Source: Clostridiales bacterium
GTDB lineage: Bacteria; Bacillota; Clostridia; Saccharofermentanales; Saccharofermentanaceae
Length of the DNA: 64,000 bases
Direction: 5' to 3'
Assembly: GCA_017513085.1 (NCBI GenBank)
Contig: JAFWDK010000010.1
Span: 32,001 to 96,000 of the forward strand
The translations under genes and the position numbers were made by a program. Each line of letters starts with the position of its first letter. The first letter of the stretch is position 1. The notes beneath the pieces were generated by a model. The model worked only from the letters and a program-made list of their open reading frames with translations. It made no database searches and had not been told where the DNA came from. Positions 58,077 to 64,000 of the stretch are shown in pieces.

Positions 58077-59007
58077 GAGATCCTCCTTCTAAGATGATAT
58101 CGATCCGCTTCAGGTTCGATGTGAAAGTCCGAAAATGTGCAAGGAATGTCGGGGTATTCATGAGAAACCCGGTGACATTATTCTGAAGATTCAGAAATAC
58201 GATAAAAGTTCCAAGTGTGATCGTCCCGGAAATGACCATGTATCCGCCGGTTAAGAAAAGGCAGAGTAAAGGTACTTTGGAGAGAAGACCGGAAATAGAA
58301 TTCAGCACCGCATGAAGCTGATCATCTTTCCGGAAACTCTTCCCCCACGCCTCCATATCCTGATCGTATTTTTCTTCTAGAAAAGCACCTGCGTCGAAAA
58401 CCGAGATGACCGGGTGATTCGTGACTGCGCTGAAGACCGTGCGGTTCATGCGGCGCTTAGCGGCAAGCGTGGCTTTCGTGATCTTGGCAAGTTTAGATCC
58501 GGAGAAAGCAACGTAGATCAGGATCAGAAGAGTCGGGAGCAGAAATGCCAGGGAAAGAAGTACATTTTCGATAAAGAGAAATACCAGTACCAGAATACAG
58601 GTGATGAGCATGCTGATATTAAAGAAGAAAGAATTGCTGAAAAAGTCAGAAGACAGCGCCAGCTCACCCTGCACAGTGGACATGGCCTGATCAGCGGATA
58701 TCGTTGCGCCCTTCGGGCTTTCAAGGAGATATCGCATGTATCCCATGCGAAGTGTATGGGAAGCTTTCTCGGCAGTATAGTTTCCTACCATCTGATCGAG
58801 GTAATTGAGACTGGCTAAAGCCAGGATCAGAAGAAGCAGAAGAAGGACAAGTTCCGGAATGATCCCGTTTTCATCCACGATCCGATTGACCAGGATCCCA
58901 ACAAAATGGGCATAGACGAGCTGGGCAACATTCACCAGCAACGATATAAACAGAGCAAATGTGACCCAGATCCGATTTGCCTTAAGTATCCTTCCGAGAA
59001 CGCTCAT
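58069..59007 (-). CDS. Stand-alone ABC exporter transmembrane domain
   Basis: About 6 TM helices ending GGYMVISGTITLGTFIVF, no NBD. Confidence 0.78.
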   Translation of the reverse strand: MSVLGRILKANRIWVTFALFISLLVNVAQLVYAHFVGILVNRIVDENGIIPELVLLLLLLILALASLNYLDQMVGNYTAEKASHTLRMGYMRYLLESPKGATISADQAMSTVQGELALSSDFFSNSFFFNISMLITCILVLVFLFIENVLLSLAFLLPTLLILIYVAFSGSKLAKITKATLAAKRRMNRTVFSAVTNHPVISVFDAGAFLEEKYDQDMEAWGKSFRKDDQLHAVLNSISGLLSKVPLLCLFLTGGYMVISGTITLGTFIVFLNLQNNVTGFLMNTPTFLAHFRTFTSNLKRIDIILEGGSHV

Positions 59008-59037
59008 ACCATGACCTCCTTAACACTATCTGGCTCA

Positions 59038-59068
59038 ATCGTAAACCTTGTCCCAAGGACAAAGTCAA
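59038..59068 (-). promoter_or_regulatory. MerR-type promoter (19-bp spacer with dyad)
   Basis: The minus strand reads TTGACT-ttgtccttgggacaaggtt(19)-TACGAT, with dyad TTGTCC-ttg-GGACAA. Confidence 0.82.
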
Positions 59069-59203
59069 GAGAAGATGGTGTGAAAAAAATTCATTATTCC
59101 GAGAAAGCGAAGCCTACCAGAGGAAGTTTGACTCTTATGTGCTATAATCGAACTGAGGTTGCGTAGACGTTGAAAGGATTTTCAGATAAACAGGGGTAGT
59201 AAA

Positions 59204-60334
59204 ATGAACGTAGAAGCACTAAATTGTCAGTGTTGCGGAGCAGCTCTGAAAATTGGAAATTCCGTATGTACATGTGAGTATTGTGGTACCACCAATATTG
59301 TGAGCGGCAGTACCGGCAAGTATATAGATCTTCTTAACAGAGCCAATAAACTCAGACAGCAGTGTGAGTTTGACAGAGCTTTCAGGGTGTATGACGAGAT
59401 CCTTGCCGAGAATGGATCCTATGTGGATGTTCTGTGGGCCCAGACTCTTTGTGAGTATGGAATAGAGTATGTTCAGGATCCCGTATCCGGAAGATACATG
59501 CCTACGCTTCACAGGATCAAGGATGAAAGTATATTAAATTCCGAGTCTTTCAATGAAGCACTCGGTAAGGCTGATGATGCGCAGAAGGAAGAGTTGAAAA
59601 ACGCGGCGATGGAGATTGCCAAGATTCAGGAAGATTATCTGAACATTGCTGCGGGGGAGAAGCCTTATGATGTTTTCATTTGTTATAAGGAAACCGATGA
59701 AGAGACCGGCGAGCGTACAGCAGACAGCGATATCGCATTTAAACTCTACGAGAAACTTGCCCGCTACGGATTAAAGGTCTTCTTTTCCAGAGTCACACTT
59801 CAGGATAAGCTGGGTGTAAACTATGAGCCTTATATTTTTGCAGCATTAAAGAGTGCCACCGTCATGGCGGTTATAGGCACAAAGGCCGAGTATTTTAGTG
59901 CCGTATGGGTCAGGAATGAATGGGCAAGATTTTATAAACTCAAAGAATTAAACGACAGAAAACTGATGCTCTTTGCCTGCAATGATATCGAAGATCTTCC
60001 ACCCGTATTCAGACAGAAGCAGGCGCAGCTGCTTACGGAATCCGATGCCGTTGAAAACATGGCGGAGAATATCAGAGATTACGTACTTAAGATAAAAGGT
60101 GAAAACAAAGAATTGGTTCAGGCCAGGTGCCCCAATTGTTATAAAGTGATTACTGCGGATCCTTCCATGCAGGCTGCCATTTGTCCCCAGTGTAAGAAGC
60201 CTTTTGTCGTTGCGGATGCGGTGGTAATGTCTGATCTTCTTAACAAAAAAAGAATTAAATGTCCTTTTTGCGGAAGAGAGCAGGAACGTAACAGATTCGG
60301 ATGTATTTTCTGCCATAAGAAAATTCCTGTGTGA
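59204..60334 (+). CDS. TIR-domain protein with N- and C-terminal Zn ribbons and a helical (TPR-like) region
   Basis: CQCCG..CEYCG at the N-terminus. TIR YDVFICYK...GLKVFF...IFAALKSA...WVRNEW. Then CPNC..CPQC and CPFC..CIFC. Confidence 0.85.
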   Translation: MNVEALNCQCCGAALKIGNSVCTCEYCGTTNIVSGSTGKYIDLLNRANKLRQQCEFDRAFRVYDEILAENGSYVDVLWAQTLCEYGIEYVQDPVSGRYMPTLHRIKDESILNSESFNEALGKADDAQKEELKNAAMEIAKIQEDYLNIAAGEKPYDVFICYKETDEETGERTADSDIAFKLYEKLARYGLKVFFSRVTLQDKLGVNYEPYIFAALKSATVMAVIGTKAEYFSAVWVRNEWARFYKLKELNDRKLMLFACNDIEDLPPVFRQKQAQLLTESDAVENMAENIRDYVLKIKGENKELVQARCPNCYKVITADPSMQAAICPQCKKPFVVADAVVMSDLLNKKRIKCPFCGREQERNRFGCIFCHKKIPV

Positions 60335-60359
60335 GAAAGGGAATATACTACCGGTATCT

Positions 60360-61406
60360 TTGGGAAATCACTGCCAATGGTATAATCTAGATAATAAATT
60401 GAATGAACCGGAAGGAGTGATTCCCACAGATATTCTTGATACCGCACTTCAACTTTATTTTCAGCCGCCCTGTGTTTTTAACATGATACCGGGGCATGAT
60501 GGTGGACGCAATCTGGCTTTCCTTGTAAAAAAGGACGATGAGAAATATGTTCTTCGTCTCTCTTCGATGGATGACCGTCGGGAGGAAGATTTTCTCGCAG
60601 AAGCAGAGTTTATCCACTATCTGGCGCAGCATGGCGCGCCGGTTGCTGATGTGATCCCCTCAGTCAACGGGAAACTTGTGGAAGTAGTGACTTCGTCCCC
60701 CAAGCCCGTTTGCGCTTGCCTTTTTGAGTATGCCAAGGGGAAGCTTCTTTGTGAGAATCAGTACCGTTACCGGGAAGGAGTGCCGATCGAAGAATATTTC
60801 TATAATACGGGAAAAGCACTTGGCGCGATCCATCGTCTTTCCAAACAATATGAGCCATCTCATCGAAGGATGGATTATTCGGACAAGTATAACAAAGAGT
60901 ATATCGATCAGCTGATCCCGGATAAATACAAGGATCTGAAGCAGGCGATCTATCGTAGACTGGATATGTTCGCTGAATTACCGCGTGAGGCAGAGGATTA
61001 CGGACTTGTTCACTTTGATTTCAGTGACGGGAACTATCACATAGACTTCAGTACAGGGGATATCACGGTGTTCGACTTTGATAACTCTCTTTATTGCTGG
61101 TACATGTTCGATCTTGCCAATCTCTGGATCCATGGCGAAGGCTGGTGCCGCTTCATCCGCAAAAAAGAGGATAAGAAGGCATATTGGCAGCACTACTTCG
61201 ATACGGTCCTGGAAGGATATAGAAGCGAGACGGACGTTTCCGAGGATCTTCTTTCGAAGCTCCCTCTGTTTATTGATATGGTTCTGATCGAGAATATCGT
61301 AGATGAGTTCGAGTGCTGTGAAAGAGAAGGTGAGAAACTTGATTTCAAAGACATCAAGACCAAGGCAAAATGTCTGATCAAAGACCTTCCCTACTTCGGA
61401 GAATAG
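60360..61406 (+). CDS. APH/homoserine-kinase-type-II-family phosphotransferase
   Basis: YVLRLS, LVHFDFSDGN, FDFDN and FDLAN. The true start is probably slightly downstream (TTG 60399 or GTG 60417). Confidence 0.85.
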   Translation: MGNHCQWYNLDNKLNEPEGVIPTDILDTALQLYFQPPCVFNMIPGHDGGRNLAFLVKKDDEKYVLRLSSMDDRREEDFLAEAEFIHYLAQHGAPVADVIPSVNGKLVEVVTSSPKPVCACLFEYAKGKLLCENQYRYREGVPIEEYFYNTGKALGAIHRLSKQYEPSHRRMDYSDKYNKEYIDQLIPDKYKDLKQAIYRRLDMFAELPREAEDYGLVHFDFSDGNYHIDFSTGDITVFDFDNSLYCWYMFDLANLWIHGEGWCRFIRKKEDKKAYWQHYFDTVLEGYRSETDVSEDLLSKLPLFIDMVLIENIVDEFECCEREGEKLDFKDIKTKAKCLIKDLPYFGE

Positions 61407-61429
61407 TCTTACGTAACGGAGAGTTAAAA

Positions 61430-62191
61430 ATGGTAGGTATATATTTTAGCGGGACAGGCAATTCGAAATATGCTGTGGAGCTGTTTTGCAGCGAGTACAA
61501 CAAAGATTCCCGTGCATATTCGATCGAGGATGATGAGGCATTAACAGCTATAAAGGAGTCGGACCTTATCGTCTTTGCCTATCCGGTTCAGTTCAGTACG
61601 ATTCCCAAGATTTTGCGGGACTTTATTACGGATCACAAAGCGCTGTGGATGAATAAGAAGGTTTTCCTGATTGCGACGATGGGGCTTTTCAGCGGGGATG
61701 GCGCAGGAATACTCGGACGACTTTTGAAAAAGCATGGAGCGAAACCAGTTGGTGGACTTCATCTTAAAATGCCGGACAGTATAGCTGATGAAAAAGCACT
61801 GAAACGTCCGCTTCAGAAGAATAAGGAACTTGTAAAGCAGGCAGAACAGAAGATAAAGGAATCCGTGAATCGTTTGAAAGCCGGGAGTCCCACGAAGGAA
61901 GGGATGGGACCGCTTTACAGACTGGCTGGTTTCTTCGGACAGAGAGCGTACTTCGGACATAAGACCAAAGCGTATTCCTCCAAGCTTAAGGTGGATACGG
62001 ATTCGTGTATCGGATGCGGGATATGCGAAAAGGTATGTCCGATGGGGAATATGGCAATTAAGGATAAAAAAGCAGTTTCAAGTGACCGGTGCACCATGTG
62101 CTATCGCTGTATCAACATATGTCCCAAGCAGGCACTTACCCTTCTTGGGAAAAGAGTAGTGGAACAGTGCGGAATTGAAAAATACAGGTGA
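61430..62191 (+). CDS. Flavodoxin + 2x[4Fe-4S] ferredoxin protein (EFR1-like)
   Basis: YFSGTGNS, CIGCGICEKVCP and CTMCYRCINICP. Confidence 0.88.
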   Translation: MVGIYFSGTGNSKYAVELFCSEYNKDSRAYSIEDDEALTAIKESDLIVFAYPVQFSTIPKILRDFITDHKALWMNKKVFLIATMGLFSGDGAGILGRLLKKHGAKPVGGLHLKMPDSIADEKALKRPLQKNKELVKQAEQKIKESVNRLKAGSPTKEGMGPLYRLAGFFGQRAYFGHKTKAYSSKLKVDTDSCIGCGICEKVCPMGNMAIKDKKAVSSDRCTMCYRCINICPKQALTLLGKRVVEQCGIEKYR

Positions 62192-62201
62192 GGAAATTTT
62201 A

Positions 62202-62297
62202 ATGATTTATCTTGAAACAGACAGACTTATTCTTCGTGTGGAATACAGACTTCTTAAGTCTGTATGGATGGGCCGATCCTCCGCTTTCAGGAGATAG
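62202..62297 (+). pseudogene. Internally deleted RimJ/RimL-type GNAT remnant
   Basis: Reads MIYLETDRLILR-VEYRLLKSVWMGRSSAFRR*, a GNAT N-terminus joined directly to a GNAT-like C-terminus. The RBS is intact. Confidence 0.65.
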
Positions 62298-62300
62298 AAT

Positions 62301-63176
62301 ATGGAATTGATTAGTGATTACATGATGGATGATACATACCGTCATATGTTGAATGAATTAACCAGAAACACTTTCGGATTTGATTTTGAAAGTTGGGTGA
62401 CGAATGGATATTTTGAAGGAGACTATATCCCGTATTCTTTCATGGATGAAGGAAGAATCGTATCCAATGTGTCTGCGAATCGAATGAAGCTTATGCAAAA
62501 CGGTTCCGTGAAATACTATGTACAGATCGGAACTGTTATGACAGATGAAAGCTATCGAGGACAGGGCCTCGCAGCGAAACTGATAAAGCGTGTCATAAAT
62601 GAATATGAACAAGAATGTGATGGCATTTACTTGTTCAGTAATTTGAGCGCGTTAGGTTTTTATCAGAAGATGGGTTTTAAGGTTGAAAACCAGTACAGAT
62701 ACTATGTAAAAGATGAGTACTGTCATTCTGATAAATCAAAAGATGGATTTAAGCCAATAAAGGATTTGGATGATGATATAAAGAAGAAATACTTAGATTA
62801 TGTCCGTAACAGCGCATATCAATCTTCTTTTGAGCAGATCAATAAGTATGGCTTACAGATGTTTTATACTGCCGGCATGGATAATGTGTATTACGCCGAT
62901 GATATCGACAGTTTTATTGTGATGGAACAAGATGGGTGTGCTGTATTAGAATCAGTACTGTGCAAGGAAAAAGTGGCACTCGCAGATGTTGTACAACGCA
63001 TTGATCTGGAGAGTCGTAAATGCAGACTAGGGTTTACTCCGCATGAGTCAGATAAGAAAATATGCATTTCTGAAGTATATAATGGTGGAGATGACTACAG
63101 GCTTTTCTACAGAGGAAAAGAACTTGAAGCTATTGAACAGGACAGGTTTTATTTTCCGGATCTGTCACATGCGTAA
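62301..63176 (+). CDS. GNAT acetyltransferase
   Basis: Motifs QIGTVMTDESYRGQGLA and FYQKMGF. AT-rich. Confidence 0.88.
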   Translation: MELISDYMMDDTYRHMLNELTRNTFGFDFESWVTNGYFEGDYIPYSFMDEGRIVSNVSANRMKLMQNGSVKYYVQIGTVMTDESYRGQGLAAKLIKRVINEYEQECDGIYLFSNLSALGFYQKMGFKVENQYRYYVKDEYCHSDKSKDGFKPIKDLDDDIKKKYLDYVRNSAYQSSFEQINKYGLQMFYTAGMDNVYYADDIDSFIVMEQDGCAVLESVLCKEKVALADVVQRIDLESRKCRLGFTPHESDKKICISEVYNGGDDYRLFYRGKELEAIEQDRFYFPDLSHA

Positions 63177-63197
63177 ACGGAAAATGAGGAATGAACG

Positions 63198-63959
63198 ATG
63201 TTGCTTGAAGAATTTGACAGAGAAACAAGAGCTATAATTGATCCGGACATGTGTGCGGAAAGAATGGAGGACTTCCCTGAAGTTACGATATCCTGCTTTT
63301 CATGGAAGCTGTTTGAAAGTGTTCTTGCTACATTTGATGCCCGGAAAATCGCGGATGTTCATTCTGCTACGGGTCTCAATCCGGTATATGAAGTCGAGTA
63401 TAAGGGAAAGCGGTTTACGTTGTATCATTCGTTGGTCGGCGAACCGATATGTGTTGCCCAGTATGAAGATTTGATAGCAATGGGTAGTAAACGTCTCATA
63501 CTGCTCGGTAACTGCGGTGTTTTAGATAAAACCATTGAAGATTGCGGGATCATCATTCCGACTGCTGCATTGCGGGATGAGGGGACAAGCTATCACTATG
63601 CTGAGCCTGGTGATGTGATAGAAGTAAACAAGAAATACAGAGATACGTTTAAGACGGTCTTAAAAGAGTGTGGTTATTCTTATGTGGAAGGAATTACATG
63701 GACAACGGATGCCTGCTATCGTGAGACAAGAGAAAAAGTAAACCGCAGAAAGAAACAGGGAGCAATCTGTGTCGAGATGGAATGTGCAGGCATGCAGGCG
63801 GTATGCGATTTCAGAGGAACGGAATTCTTCCAGTTCTTTTACGCAGGAGACAACCTCGACCATTCCACATGGGATCCGAGAAGTCTCTCGAATGGATCGC
63901 GTCTCAATGATAAGACGAAAATAATGTTCCTGGCGTTTGAACTGGGGCTGAGAATATGA
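63198..63959 (+). CDS. Nucleoside phosphorylase (PNP/UDP family)
   Basis: Motifs GNCGVL, RDEGTSYHY, WTTDACYRET and VEMECAG. Confidence 0.9.
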   Translation: MLLEEFDRETRAIIDPDMCAERMEDFPEVTISCFSWKLFESVLATFDARKIADVHSATGLNPVYEVEYKGKRFTLYHSLVGEPICVAQYEDLIAMGSKRLILLGNCGVLDKTIEDCGIIIPTAALRDEGTSYHYAEPGDVIEVNKKYRDTFKTVLKECGYSYVEGITWTTDACYRETREKVNRRKKQGAICVEMECAGMQAVCDFRGTEFFQFFYAGDNLDHSTWDPRSLSNGSRLNDKTKIMFLAFELGLRI

Positions 63960-63984
63960 CGATCTGGGAGAGTTTGAGGAATAT

Positions 63985-64000
63985 ATGGAATTAATGAAAC
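63985..64000 (+). CDS. Start of the next gene (truncated by the window)
   Basis: GAGG RBS then ATG GAA TTA ATG AAA. Too short to assign a function. Confidence 0.4.

Noticed and set aside
36656-64000. Integron attC sites or an integrase for the small-gene array
   Set aside because: Most spacers are too short, no RYYYAAC...GTTRRRY pairs were evident by eye, and there is no tyrosine recombinase in the window.
1-64000. rRNA, tRNA, prophage or IS elements
   Set aside because: No such sequences or hallmark genes were recognised, and nearly all the space is explained by CDSs.

Overview
This is a 64 kb, gene-dense chromosomal window from what looks like an anaerobic Clostridia-class Firmicute (inferred from gene content and from sigma-A/RBS style). 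I found no rRNA, tRNA, CRISPR array, integrase or transposase. From left to right it contains: a truncated LysR regulator divergent from metE-metF; a heterodimeric ABC exporter; a three-gene second-messenger operon; an AraC/GH10/oxidoreductase cluster; an orphan hybrid histidine kinase; lipoproteins and an ECF sigma/anti-sigma operon led by a tandem cystatin-like lipoprotein; a MerR-methyltransferase fusion with its ABC pair; and, from about 36 kb on, a long, mostly co-directional, compositionally mixed array of small modifying enzymes (GNAT, NUDIX, methyltransferase, APH-like, AAC(3)-like, HAD). That array includes gene fusions, deletion scars, a split three-gene ABC exporter and a Zn-ribbon/TIR protein. 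The best candidate for an undescribed system is the operon at 7923-13190: a membrane-anchored FecR-domain protein on a long Pro/Thr stalk, a CHASE2 class III adenylate cyclase, and an MBL-hydrolase-GAF-GGDEF fusion. Together these suggest a surface-sensing cAMP-to-c-di-GMP relay. All calls come from reading motifs by eye; no database searches were run.
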